NCBI RefSeq assembly: GCF_006345805.1
Contig: NC_043016.1
Span: 12,276,001 to 12,340,000 of the forward strand
Direction: 5' to 3'
DNA length: 64,000 nt
Origin: Octopus sinensis
Taxonomy: Eukaryota
Positions 50,319 through 63,810 of this stretch are shown here, piece by piece; position 1 is the first letter of the stretch, and the number at the start of each line of letters is the position of its first letter. The notes beneath the pieces were generated by a model. It saw only the letters and a program-made list of their open reading frames with translations. It had not been told where the DNA came from and did no database searches. Made by a program: the position numbers and the translations under genes.

Positions 50319-52722
50319 TTTATTGTCTTTGATTAATTGGTCGTTAATTGCTATATTCTTTATCTCAGATATCAAGTTTTTTTCCTAACCTTTTTATTGT
50401 TTTGTATTGGCAACCTCAAGCACAGTGATAGCTAGAATTATTATTAAGTATGTCAGTAGGGCTATTGTGCTGAAGCTGTGAAGTGTAAACTGTTCAATGT
50501 GTTAAAATATGTCTTCATACCTTGTCAGTTTGGATAATTGGATGTAAAGCTATGATTCTTCATTATTTTGTGTGTAATTACACCATTTCTAATATTTCTA
50601 TTTATTTTTATAAAACTATTATTTTTATATATAGAAAATGTAGCAAATGGAGGACTCCATATCCAAGTTTTGATTCCATTTTGGTCCCTAATAGAGTAAA
50701 AGAGTAAATTTGAAGAAGTTGCATGCCAGCATGAATAATTCAATGCCTCACAACATAAAATTTATTCCACCGTTTTAACTATTTATGTCACTTCAGAAGA
50801 ACAGTAAACTTGTAACTTTACATTTCTCTGCGGCTAAAAAAAAATCACTTGTATATAAGTGTGACATTCCTTTGTATACATGTGTATAGAAATGAATATG
50901 AAGTGCAAAGGAATTGACCATAACAAATGGCAATCTCAAATGAAAAACTGGCCAGTATGGAGAAAGCTTACCAAGTCATACCAAAGCCATGACACAGTCA
51001 TAGTCACGACAACTGGCTGTAGATAATAGAAACCATTGAAAATAACATGAGCATTAAATTTCAGAAATGTCTTACACAAAACTTTGTAGAAACATGCACA
51101 AAAGTTATAGACTGTCTTGACCCTACAGGTTCATTAATTAGGCTGGAATGTATTCCATTTTCCATTTGTAAAAGTGACTGAAAGTACAAGACTCTTGTTG
51201 CATTGGACATTGGTCTGTTGCAAGATTAGTCCCCAGCTTCCTACTCTGAAGCAATGTAGAAATAGAGTGTCTTGGTCAAGGACACAGCACGCTATCTCCG
51301 TTGGAGAATTACACTCTTAACCTCACTATCAGGAGTCCACAAGGCCACATAGCTTTACATTTGTGTGTGTGTCAGTGTAAAATGTATGTTATAATGTGTT
51401 GAATACTTTATTGACTGGTAGTCCTATGTTATTGAGAGATATTTGATGTGAGGGTCTCCATTGAACAGGGTTGATATGTATCTGCATGTACACCTGAGTC
51501 CATACTTGTAAGTCTCCCCCACACAGTGACACTACCATTGTTGTCTAAAAGAAAGGCCTTTTCTTAAAGGCTGATACATCTTGGTGCCGAGTGGTGTCAC
51601 AGGCATTGCTGTCAGATTGCAAAGAGCCGGAAAATACACGCAGCAAGGTGTTCCATTAATTCACTTCTCTCCCCATCCACCATTGAAAACGATGAGAGTG
51701 ACAGTGTTCACCTTGGAATAAATTGGTCTCAAAGCGTGGAAAATTGGAACAAATGCCTCAAGGTAGTCTATTCAGCGCTCTGATGACTCTGCTAATTTGT
51801 TTTCTTTGTATGTGTGAGCTTTTGTGGGATTTCTTTTTGTTACTTATCCTCTGCTTGTTATTCAAATTTTGCCATGGTCAGCAAATCATTTGTGTATTTT
51901 TTTTAGAATACATACCATAAATTTCTCTCCCTGTAAATAAAAAAAGAACAAAATCAAATAATTTTCCAACTGACTGTATTTTTGTTTGTTTTTCACATCA
52001 CAAGATTACAATGTCTACAGTTTTTTTTTTATTGTGGTTGGGCATGTAATTTGAGAGATTTCACTGCTACATCTAGCATGGTCACCCTCATAAATTTATT
52101 TAATATTGAGTTGTTGATGTGAAAATATATATATGTGTGTAAGGTAATATCTTGCTTTAATGATGTTTTTTTTTTAAATATAAACAATTAAAAATGTTCA
52201 ATTACTGCGATGTATGAATTGATAATATGCGTGCGTTTGTTGGTTCATTCAGTCAGTCACTTAGTTTGAATGTTGATACACATACTTTGTGGGTTCACAA
52301 TCTGTCACTATTTTGTTGTCACAAAACTTTTGAATTTACACTTCTAAGCATCAAAATGAAAGGGTAGCATTATGTTGAATGTAATTAATTATATAAAGAA
52401 ATGGAAAGCGATTGCTTTGGAAACAAAACTCAAGACCACAAACCAAACAAAAGACTGGAAAATTATTAAAGATTTAGCTTAAAATGTTTCCTTTACTTAA
52501 CGGTACCTATGATTTTATTGGATAAAAGAAATATTCAAATGAAATTTAAAGTGCTCACTCTTTGGCAGTCTATAAAGATATGTAGTACAGAACTGGTCAA
52601 CATTGGTCTTCTTATTTATCAATATGCATAACTGATTAAACTTGCGATAAATCTCTTGAATTTTTAAAAAAGGCAAATGAGGAAACATTTACTTTTAAGT
52701 AGTGAATGGTTTTATATAATAT

Positions 52723-52790
<68 letters not shown>

Positions 52791-52792
<2 letters not shown>

Positions 52793-53090
52793 ATATTAAA
52801 TTAGAGATAAAACCACTATTAGGCAAATCAAACAATGAAAAACTTAAGCCAATACATAAGATTAATTAATTTATATTATTTTAAATATATATCACTTTTG
52901 ATATATATTTAAAATAATATAAATTAATTAATCTTATGTATTGGCTTAAGTTTTTCATTGTTTGATTTGCCTAATAGTGGTTTTATCTCTAATTTAATAT
53001 AATATAATATTTTACTATAAAATTGGATTCAATCCTAAATCTGATTTTTCCCTGTAAGTTTGGATTTATTCCCTAATATTTTATTATATA
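52791..53090. mobile_element. Penelope-like fragment forming a perfect 104-bp palindrome
   Basis: 52791-52894 is the exact reverse complement of 52899-53002 with loop cttt; the right copy extends ~85 bp further; flanked by (TA)n; same family as 18137. Confidence 0.65.
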
Positions 53091-53659
53091 TATATGTGTG
53101 TGTGTGTGTGTGTATATAAAATGTTCATTTAAAATTAGGGATAAAATTACTTTAATGATTTTATCAAGTGGCCAGCATGAAATAAAAACCTTGCAGGTAC
53201 CATTTTTTAGAGCCAAATGGCTCTAAAAACCACCTCAGTACTCCATTAGCACAGGTTGTAATTGGGCAGATGAAAGAATAAATAAGACCTTTAGATTAAT
53301 TGTATATTTATATATACATCATCAGCATCATCATTATTATTATTATTATACATCTGTTCTCCATGCTGGCATGGGTTGGATGGTTTGACAAGAGCTGGCC
53401 AGCCAGAGAGCTGCAGCAGGTTTCAATTGTCTGTTTTGGCATGGTTTCTGCAGCTGGATGCTCTTACTAATGCCAACCACTTTACAGAGTGTACTGGGTG
53501 CTTTTTACGTGTCACTAGTGCATTATATGTGGTGCCAGTGCTCTTTTATGTGGCACCAACATGAGTGCTTTTTACATGGTACAAGTACGGGTGATTTTTG
53601 CGTGGCATTAGCATGAGTATTTTTCATGTGATAAGCATGTATGAGCTGGTTGGCATAAT

Positions 53660-54310
53660 GTTAAAGTGCAAGAAGCTGTGAAAGCAAGAGTTGAAGTTGT
53701 ATATTTGCTTCCAAAACAACTGAAAGAAGTAATTGAATATAGTTACACATTATCACAAATCGTCAGCATAGATGAAACATGCCTATGTTGGAAGTGCATG
53801 CCAGCAAGAAAAAACATTTCTTGATGCTAAGGGTTTTTTTAAAGTTGTTAAAGACTGATTATAGACCTAATTCAGCTAGAGATTGAGTTAAGACCCATAC
53901 TTTTGCTTTTCTGTTGAAAATCTTACAGCACCAGAAGGCCTTGTAAAGCTACACTTCCATACAGAAGACAAATAAAAAGAATATCTTGGTTTACTATTTC
54001 ACAATCTAAAGATTTTCTTTTTGTATGACTCTTTACTTGAAATAAAAAGAAAAATATTTTGAAGATAAAAAAAAAACATTCTAGTTCTTGTGCAACCAAT
54101 CAGAGATAATGCACTTGTCATCTACAATGTCTACACCATCATCCATATATAGGTTAATGTTTGTACTGTCAAATAATCATTTTTGCCAGCAACAAACCAT
54201 GACATTTAAAGGATATTATCTTTGACACATTTGATTAGCTACATGAAAGATAAGGAAGGATTCTCATTAAAAGGATTTTGGAGATTATTCAATGTCTTAG
54301 GTACAGCAAA
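53660..54310 (+). pseudogene. pogo/Tigger-type DDE transposase remnant
   Basis: KQLKEVIEYSYTLSQIVSIDETCLCWKCMPARKNI (DETxLxWKxMP motif); later KGFWRLFNV. Confidence 0.6.
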
Positions 54311-55235
54311 AACAACAAGAAGAGGAGCTTACTGTTCATTTTCTCTTTTCTCTCTGCCATTCCCCTTCTCATAGTTTAACCCCCTCTTCCCCAGCATAAA
54401 GCAGATCCCTCTCACCTCCCTCAGGATTCATAGTTCTGTGTCCCGCGTGGAGACTTCAGTGATGTAGGTGTTATGAAAAACGTACCCATTTACACACTGT
54501 AAATTGGTTGGTGTCAGGAAGGGCATCTAGCCATAGAAAACATGCCAAAGCTGACACTGGAGCACAATGCAGTCTTTGACTCAGACCATCCAACTCTTGC
54601 TTGCAGGAACATAGATGTTAAAAGATGATGAGGAGGATGAAAAGTTAAAGAATAAAATAAGAGATATTAGGGAAGGATTCTTATTCTGAATATATAAAAT
54701 ACGAAAGTTCCTCATGTAAAGGTCTAGACAAAATTTTTTTCTGCATATTCAAATAGTGATTTATATTTTCAAGATTAAAATTTCAAGCTAAGTAGAAATG
54801 TTTCTGCAGATGTTAATAAACCTCATGGCTAGTATGATCTATTTAGAAAAGAAAAGACTGCCATGAAAGTAAGAAGCTCTTGACACAAAGAAAACAAACT
54901 CCTTGAGGTTGACCTAAATATGAGCTGCAAAGCATCATTAACTGGTGAATAAAAAGTTAAAAAAAACCTAGTGACATTTGATTGTCTATTATTTGTAAAT
55001 GCATTATTCAATGTAGACCTTGGTTCAAAAGATTGCTTCCAGCTATGTGGTCTTGGGTTCAGTCCCACTGCATGGTACCTTTGGCTAGTGTTTTTCCACT
55101 ATAGCCCCAGGCTGACCAAAAACTTGTCAGTGGATTTGGTTGATGGGAACTGAAATAAAAACCTATCATCATGTATGTGTGTGTGTGTTTATATGTATAT
55201 ATGTATGCATATGTGTGTATATATATATGTGTATG

Positions 55236-55285
<50 letters not shown>

Positions 55286-56780
55286 CAAATGAGTATGTGT
55301 GTATTTGTAATGTATATTTAGGTGTTTACTCTTCTCTAGACTTCACGTGATAATTGTAAAATAGCATCACCATCAGACAGACGACATCGTTCATTTTCAG
55401 TTTTCTGTGAAAAAAAACTTGTGTAGCTTGGAAACAATTAAGGGTTGTTGACAGGAAGGGCATCAAGCCATAGAAAATTTGCCTCGGTAAATTCCGCCTG
55501 ACCCATGCAATCATGGAAAAGTGGATGTTGAATGCTGCTGCTGATGATGATGTATTGAAGCATCGGTTATGCCGGAAATGTTTTATTGTTCCTTCCTTAA
55601 CACTTAGAAAGGCTGTTGGCTTAAATCCCTCATGAGAATATAAGTATTGTTTGTAACATTTTTATATGAATTAGTTACTCGCTCAAACAATTGGAACCAA
55701 CTCAATTGTTAAACTGATGTATTCCTGATAATGTATATTAATCATAAGGGTGTTGGGCACATGTTTGTTAGGTCATATCTTTGATTCCTGCCAAAAGTGA
55801 AGTATTTGGCATATGTGTGTATGTTTTGTTTTTTATGTTTGTTTTCTCATGCTGGCATAAGTTAGAAGAATGTTCTTTTGCATTTCCTGTTTCTCGTCCT
55901 TGCCTATTTTTCTTTGGATTTCTTATTCCACATGCCTTTCAAGGTGCAAACCCAGTGGGTCATTGGTTGATTGGAAAATACCGACTATGTTGCCATTTGT
56001 GGATTGTAATATTCAGTGAATATGTAGCAGATACAGAGACACATACTTATGCCTATACATACACATATATCGATGGGGTTCTTTCAGTTTCCAGCTGCTA
56101 ATTCCAGTCACAAAGCTTTGGTTAGCCCAGGGCTGTGTGGTAAGAAGTTAGCTTCCTAATCACATGGTTCTGAATTCAGTAAATGCAAGTGTCTTCTACT
56201 ATAGCCCTGGATCAACTAAATTCTTGCAAATTAAGTTGCTAGACGGAAACTTAGAGAAGCCTGTTATATATTTGTGTTTGTCCCATACCACTGTTTGACA
56301 ATCATTTGGTCTGTTTATGTCCTTGTAACTTAGCAGTTCAGCAAAAGAGACTGATAGAATAAATACCTGATATTTAAAAAAAAAAAAAAAAGGACTGAAG
56401 GTTGATTTGTTCAAGAAAATTTCTTCAAGGCACAACAAAAAATATCTAAAACAAAAGATAAAAAGTGTGTCTGTGCACACACACACAATAATAACAATAA
56501 TTCTAAGATGGAATTTATAAATATTTAAATCATCACTACGCATTTCCACAGATCAGATATGATTTTAACATCAGAGTCGGTATCCTTGGTATTAGTAAAG
56601 TATAGTCCATACTATTCATGGGCATCCAGTTGATCATCATCATTGATTCATTTCATCAGGCAGTAATACTGCATTATTGGATGAATCACAGAGGGATGTT
56701 TATCTCTTCTTGCCAGTATGAAGGACAATCTAGCTATATTTGCATACCCCTATCATTACCATAAACAAGGTAAAAAGATA

Positions 56781-57025
56781 TATATCGTTGCTATTATGCA
56801 AAAGTGTCGTAAGTCCAAAACGTTGCTTTGTCAGAAATCAATAAAAATAGTTTTGCCATTCCATAGCAAAACCGTTGTACTACACTTTGGCAATTTTTTG
56901 ATATCTTGGCATTTGAAGCAGCTGGAGATATGATAGTTTGATAGTCTGACTATTGCAGGCAAAAATAAATACTGAAAAAAGCACATTTGGACTTACGACA
57001 GTTTAACATAATAGCAATGATATAT
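56781..57025. mobile_element. MITE-like element with ~50-bp imperfect TIRs
   Basis: tatatcgttgctattatgcaaaagtgtcgtaagtccaaa vs tttggacttacgacagtttaacataatagcaatgatata. Confidence 0.55.
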
Positions 57026-58383
57026 ACATATATATCCTATTATAACTTTGAGTGATGTTTCTCTGTCCGTTACGTTTTTATGTTCGTTAACTCCTCCTAG
57101 ACAGTTGACACAAGGACAATGAAACTCAAACCAGCAACTCCCCTAATCCAAGAGAATGTCCCAAGAGGGTCTATTTTTTTAATGGCTGCCTAATTGGGGG
57201 CCCCACTGACCCCCCCTTATTTTTACTGCATTTTAAACTAAATGGTGACCAAATCAGAGCAATGACAATGAATTTCATACCATGAACACCCAGGGAGTAT
57301 CATAAGGAGGTTTAATTTCTGAAGGGCCACTTAAATGGGGCCCCCACTGATCCCCCTATTTTTATTGTATTTATCTCACTCCTACGCTTATTGATTAAAC
57401 TATGATTGGCATCAGTGCTTAAGCACATTTGCAGAAATAAGTTTGGCCATTCTAAATACCTTCATCTACATTTGAATCAAGATAAAAGAGTTATAACAGG
57501 TACGTTTCAAGTGAGGTTGTGTGGATGTTTATATTTTGTAGTTTATGAAACTTACGTCTAGTACATAGATATAGTTGTATATGTAAAGCATGGCAGTGTA
57601 TACAAAGTTCACCAAAAATCTCTGTTCATCCAGTGTCAACATGGGAAAATGAAGTTACCTGAGAGAATTGTGAGAGCACTGGACAGATTGCTTTTTGGCA
57701 TTTGTTCTAGTTTTCTGCTCAGTGAGTTTAAATTCTGCCAAAATAACCGGAACTTTTGTCTTTTATTCTCCTTTCTGGATCAATAAGGTAAAGTACAAAT
57801 CTAAGGCAATGGGTTGGCAGAACATGTTAGAATGTTTTGCAGCCTTGGTTCTGGTTCCTTGCTTTCTGAGTTCAAATCTTTCCGTAGTCTACTTGGTTGA
57901 TAGATTTAATCTGGCACCTAGTTTAACACCGACACCTGGTACCTGAAGTACTTTTTGTAGAGTCCACTCTGTTGCAAGCATTTGGGACAAATCTCTAGTT
58001 TTAGAATACCTTCTTCCATCCTTCACACCAGTCTTGGAGATCCTATAAAAAGTTTATTGGTATTACTTTTCCACCTAACTAAGAAATGAAAAATAAATGA
58101 GATGTGACCATCTGGTAAGAAGTTTGTTTCCCAACAACATGGGTCTGGGTTCAGTCCCACTGCATGGTACCTTGGGCAAATGTCTTCTACAACAGCCTTG
58201 GGAGCAGATTTGGTAGGTGGACGTGAATGAAGACCACAGTGTGTGTGTGTCTGTCTGTCCTCCACTGCCACTTGACAATTGGTGTTGGTGTGTTTACATC
58301 CCCATAATTTAATGGTTTGGCAAAAGAAACTAACAGAATAAGTACCATGTTTTTAAAAATATAACTACTGAGGTTGATTTGTT

Positions 58384-60156
58384 GGTTAATATAGGGCGTA
58401 ACAAATATCAGAAAATCAAAAAAAAAATGTGTGTAATAGGTGTAAAACAACTTCCTATGAACGAATATGAAAAAAAAAATTCGCGCACGCGAAAGGGGGG
58501 TGGGGGAGAGGCCTCGGAAAATTCACATCGGGAAGTTCCGAAAGCGTCTGAACCGGGCACAAAAACAAAAACAAAAACAGCGTAATAGGTGTAAAACAAC
58601 TTGCTCTAAACGACTATCATGAAAAAAATGCGCGCTCGCGAAAGGGGGGTGGGGGAGAGGCTTCGGAAATTTCACATCTTCAGTCCACGGCCTTTAAACT
58701 AAGAAAAAATAGTGTAATTGGTGTAAAACTACTTGTTCTAAACGAGTATCAAGAACACACACTCACACATGAATCATAAACTCCGTATTTCGCAAAAAAA
58801 AAAAATAAGAGAAGAAATTCTGGAAAAAGTGAAGAAATGTTGGATCTCATTCCTTGGTTAAAGCTATTTTAAACATTAAATTTATGCTTTTTTTGAAATA
58901 GTTCAGATATATGCAATTCTTCTCACTTATTAAGATGCATTTATCAGAAAAAAAGAGACAGAAAAAATTATTATTTTGTGTCAATCCTTCCCTAATTATC
59001 CTTTATTAATTTAGTTTTGGCGTGTATTTTTTTCCCAAATTTATTTTTTCACCTTTACAACACTGTTTAGTAAAGCAATTAATTATCTTTATAATTTGCA
59101 TATTTGACTTATTAATCAAAATTCTCTAGATGTAATATATACTAAGTAATGCATCCTTCATTTATGTGTTCCGTTCTGTATTATGCATGTGTGACTGTTT
59201 GTATGTAAGTGTGTTTAACTGTGCACATGAATGTGAATATTAAAGAACATATTTATTTACTATGATTGTTATTTTCAGAACAAATAAATCTTTTGGCTGT
59301 TATGTTATTGATGTTATTATTATTGCTAGTTAAAGGGTGGTGACTTGGCTGAATATTTTGAGTCTGTAGTATGTAGTTGTGTTAGTCAATATTCTGAGTT
59401 CAAATCCAACTCATTTCTTTATCATCATTATCGATGGACCACTCAAAGAGGTATGTATACATTATCATTTTCGTAACATAATTTCTGTAGTATTTCAAGA
59501 TGTTTCTGACACGTATTTGATTCACATGGCGGAGATCCAACATTTCTTCACTTTTTCCAGAATTTCTTCTCTTTATTATTTTTTTTTTGCGAAATACGGA
59601 GTTTATGATTCATGTGTGAGTGTGTGTTCTTGATACTCGTTTAGAACAAGTAGTTTTACACCAATTACACTATTTTTTCTTAGTTTTAAAAGGCCGTGGA
59701 CTGAAGATGTGAAATTTCCGAAGCCTCTCCCCCACCCCCCTTTCACACGAGCGCGCATTTTTTTCATGATAGTCGTTTAGAGCAAGTTGTTTTACACCTA
59801 TTACGCTGTTTTTGTTTTGTTTTTGTGCCCGGTTCAGACGCTTTCGGAACTTCCCGATATAAATATTCCGAGGCCTCCTCCCCCACCCCTCTTCTCAAGA
59901 GCGCATTTTTTTTTGTCATATTCGTTTTAGAGCAAGTTGTTTTACACATATTACACTATTTTTTTTTGTTTTGGTGTCCGGGTCAGCCCCTCAGACGCTT
60001 TCGGAACTTCCCGATGTGAATTTTCCGAGGCCTCTCCCCCACCCCCCTTTCGCGTGCGCGAATTTTTTTTTTCATATTCGTTCATAGGAAGTTGTTTTAC
60101 ACCTATTACACACATTTTTTTTTTTTTTCTGATATTTGTTACGCCCTATATTAACC
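58384..60156. mobile_element. Non-autonomous foldback DNA transposon, long modular TIRs, 8-bp TSD (Merlin-like)
   Basis: Ends ggttaatatagggcgtaacaaatatc / gatatttgttacgccctatattaacc; arms 58384-58848 and 59532-60156; gatttgtt at 58376-58383 and 60157-60164; splits a family-B SINE. Confidence 0.9.
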
Positions 60157-60787
60157 GATTTGTTTAACTAAAATCCTTCAAGGTGATGCTTCAGCATGGC
60201 TGCAGTCTAATGACTGAAAGGAGTGAAAGATAAAATAAAACAAATTTATGTATATGTGTGCAATATAAGTGCACACACACATGTATGTATGCACATATAA
60301 AAAGATTATGTTTCTCAATTGTCCAAACAATGACATAGAAATAGTTGGTAGTTTCTTGTTAGCTTGGAGATCTAATCAGCAGTAGAGATCAGTGTTGTGA
60401 AAAATGTAGTAATCAGAATAAAGACAGGATAAAAAAAAAAGTTCAGTGTACCATTACCTTTAAGGTCTCTGTCTCCAAATGATAAGTAAACCATATGATA
60501 ACCGTATAACAAATATGATGTGAATAGTGGACATGTTTGGTGGGAAAAGTGTTTGGAATGAAGACGTAATATCTTACACTTTTCTCTGGATGGATGATAA
60601 ACAATTGTGACAATCCATGTTGAAATGATTGTAAAGAATTCATTAATTCCCAGAATGTATAATATTGCATTTTTAGCCATTGCATTTTTAGCCATTAAAA
60701 TTGCTGATTCTGTTAGTTTATTGTTATTGTTGATGTTTGTTTTTTTTTTGATGATTATAATTTGAAAATTATAATGTCTATTTTCAG

Positions 60788-60822
60788 GTTACTTCAATGA
60801 TCCAATAAATAATACAGGAGCA
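60788..60822 (+). CDS. Jupiter: Candidate Jupiter exon 3 (35 nt)
   Basis: tctattttcag|GT TAC TTC AAT GAT CCA ATA AAT AAT ACA GGA GCA|gtaagt; open in phase 1, continuing exon 2 as (G)YFNDPINNTGA. Confidence 0.5.
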
Positions 60823-61114
60823 GTAAGTTGTTTTTTTTTAACTTATTTCCATCACAGTTTAACTTTTTTTAATTTTCTTTTTATTAATTTCCACTTTAAC
60901 AGTTTTAGGTTCACATCTTGTTTTATCTCATAGATACAGTATTCTTAATAAATTATATTACTGAAATGTAATTAAATATTAAATCCCTGTACTTTTGCAA
61001 GATTTTATTTTTTGGAATTGTTATAACTGCATTAGATCTGGGATAATTAGCATTAGAACTGTGACAATATATAATTTGTAATGCATCAAAAATTTACTGT
61101 CAATAATGTTAGTA

Positions 61115-61345
61115 GTAAGGCGGCAAACAGGCAGGAATGTTAGCACGCCAAGCAAAATGCTTAGCGGTATTTCGTCTGTCTTTATATTCTGAGTTCAAAT
61201 TCCATCAAGGTTGACTTTGCCTTTCATCCTTTCGGGGTCGATAAATTAAGTACCAGTTGCATACTGGGGTCAATCTAATTGACTGCCTCCCACCCCTTCC
61301 CCCAAAATTTCAGGCCTTGTGCCTAGAGTAGAAAAGAATAATGTT
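61115..61345 (+). mobile_element. SINE family A
   Basis: aaggcggcaaac..ttagcacgcc..gagttcaaattcc..ggccttgtgcctagagtagaaaag. Confidence 0.75.
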
Positions 61346-61819
61346 ATAATAAAATTATTACAGAACTGAATTCATAGCAATTTTGTTTAAAATATTGGAT
61401 AAATCAGATGAAATATTTTAAGGAAGAGTTGTGATCCAAAGAAGCGTGTTACTTTATCTGAACCGTAAACTGTAACTTAGTTGACAGGTAGAGGTTAGTG
61501 TTTTTGTGCAAGAGTTTGGTGTTAACAAAACAAACAGGTTGAGTTGTTCACTGCTTTTTCTGTGAAATACACTGATGCAAATGCTAAATCATGTTTGTGC
61601 AAGGAGGCGGATGAAAGTTGTAGAAAATGCAAATCTTAAGGAGATGGTGACAGTAATAATGTCTGTCACTGATCCTGTGGTATAGAAATTCAGAGCGTCA
61701 CCACTGTCAAGCTAGCTAAGCATGTGAGTATCAAGATTTTCAAAGCAGCGAGTGATGGATGGTCAGATATTCTCTTGATTTTCATTCTTCAGTGGGTAGG
61801 TGAAATAGATGTTAGATCT

Positions 61820-62035
61820 TGGTTTCAAATTTCGGTACAAGGCCAGCAATTTTTTGGGGGGTGGGAGTGGGGGGCAAGTCAATGACATCGAGCCCTGTGC
61901 GGAACTGGAACTTATTTAACAACTTCAAAAGGATGAAAGGTAAAGTTGACCTTGGCAGAATTTCAACTCAAATTGTGAAGAAATGCTGCTAAGCATTTTG
62001 TCTGGCATATTAACAATTCTGCCAGCTCACTACCT
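61820..62035 (-). mobile_element. SINE family A, inverted relative to 61115
   Basis: Reverse-complement similarity to family A. Confidence 0.65.
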
Positions 62036-62720
62036 GAAACATTTTACCCAGTGTAAAAAAAAAAAAAAATTCTGTCAGATTTCCACCTTAATGTCATTAG
62101 ATATTGATGGTCACAGCATGATTAGCAGATACAGAAGACAGTGACATAGGATAAAGTGGAGTTGTTGCTGATAGTAGAAATAATGAAATGATGAAGACAA
62201 CAAACTGTTACACGAGAGAACCGAACGCTCTGTTATAAGAGAATCTTTGCTAACACCATTTCACACACTAACATGCCAGCAGAAACTGTATTATCAATAT
62301 CTCAGAGCCTTAAGGGATTTCATTACCCGAAAGCTGCATCAATAAAAAAAAAACATGTGAAACTCAAATTCTTCACACCATTTCTTCCCAACTCTGCTGC
62401 AGTTGGTGAAGTTGATGACCGAGTCTCTCTTCAATCACCCAATACTAGTAAAAGGCAGGAACTGTGGAGCATCAGAGCTCGACTGATTTATAACTGACAG
62501 GTTCATCACCTGTACCCTCTAACCTCACTTTCATCACGTCAAGTTCGTTTGTCATCTTAAGCCATCAAATGAAATTAACAATTTATCTACTGTATTTTAA
62601 TTGTACATACTGTAATATTAAATAATTTTTTTAGGCATGGCTATGTGGTATGAAGTATGCTTCTGAACTACATGGTTCCAGGTTCAGTCCCACTGCATGG
62701 TACTTTGAGCAAGTGTCTTC

Positions 62721-63152
62721 TGCTATAGCTTCAGGCTGATCAAAGCCTTGTGAGTGGATTTGGTTGATGGAAAACTGAAAGAAGCCCATCGTATATATAC
62801 ATGCATGTCTTTGCCTGTGTTTGTCTCCCACCACTGCTTGACAACCAGTGTTAGTGTGTTTATGTCCCTGTTACATAGTGGTTTGGCAAAAGAGACCGAT
62901 AGAATAATCACCAGTCTGGGGTTGATTCATTTGGCTTGCTATAGCTTCAGGCTGATCAAAGCCTTGTGAGTGGATTTGGTTGATGGAAAACTGAAAGAAG
63001 CCCATCGTATATATACATGCATGTCTTTGCCTGTGTTTGTCTCCCACCACTGCTTGACAACCAGTGTTAGTGTGTTTATGTCCCTGTTACATAGTGGTTT
63101 GGCAAAAGAGACCGATAGAATAATCACCAGTCTGGGGTTGATTCATTTGGCT
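62721..63152 (+). repeat. Exact 216-bp tandem duplication inside a family-B SINE
   Basis: 62721-62936 equals 62937-63152; the duplicated ORFs in the track are offset by 216. Confidence 0.9.
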
Positions 63153-63234
63153 AAAAAAAAATTCTTCAATGCAGTGCCCCATGATGGTTGAAACAAGTAA
63201 AGAACTAAAGAAAAACGTGTATCTATATTGTTAT

Positions 63235-63485
63235 GTGGTGGCTTAGTGGTTAGGGTGTCAGTATCATGATTGTAAGATTGTGGTTTCGATTCCTGGACCG
63301 GGCGACGTGTTGTGTTCTTGAGCAAAACACTTCATTTCATGTTGCTCCAGTCCACTCAGCTGGCAAAAATGAGTAACGCTGCGATGGACTGGCGTCCCGT
63401 CCAGCTGGGGAGTGCATAGCCCATAGAAATCGGGAAACCAGGCCCATAAGCCTGGCTAGGCTTTAAAAGGGCGCATTTATTTTTT
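63235..63485 (+). mobile_element. tRNA-derived SINE with a V-domain-like core
   Basis: A box tggcttagtgg, B box ggtttcgattcc, core gctccagtccactcagctgg..gctgcgatggactggcgtcccgtccag. Confidence 0.6.
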
Positions 63486-63599
63486 TTTTATATTGTTATA
63501 TGATGTTTACAGTATTTTTTGTATTTTTGTTGCTGTGTTTCACCACATATATATATATATATTTTTCATGTAATTTTCATAAATGTATAATATTCTTTT

Positions 63600-63810
63600 C
63601 TACTCTAGACACAAGGCCCAAAATTTTTGGGGAGGGGGCCAGTCAATTAGATCGACCTCAGTATGCAACTGGTACTTAATTTATTGACCCCGAAAGGATG
63701 AAAGGCAAAGTCGACCTCGGCAGAATTTGTACTCAGAATGTAAAGACAAATGAAATACCGCTAAACATTTTGCCCAGTGTGCTAACATTTCTTCAAGCTC
63801 GCTGCCTTAT
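63600..63810 (-). mobile_element. SINE family A
   Basis: Reverse-complement similarity (aaggcaaagtcgacctcggcagaattt). Confidence 0.75.

Noticed and set aside
51641-51762. Stop-free stretch ending aag|gtagtc (..IENDESDSVHLGINWSQSVENWNKCLK)
   Set aside because: No good in-phase acceptor and no Jupiter-family motif
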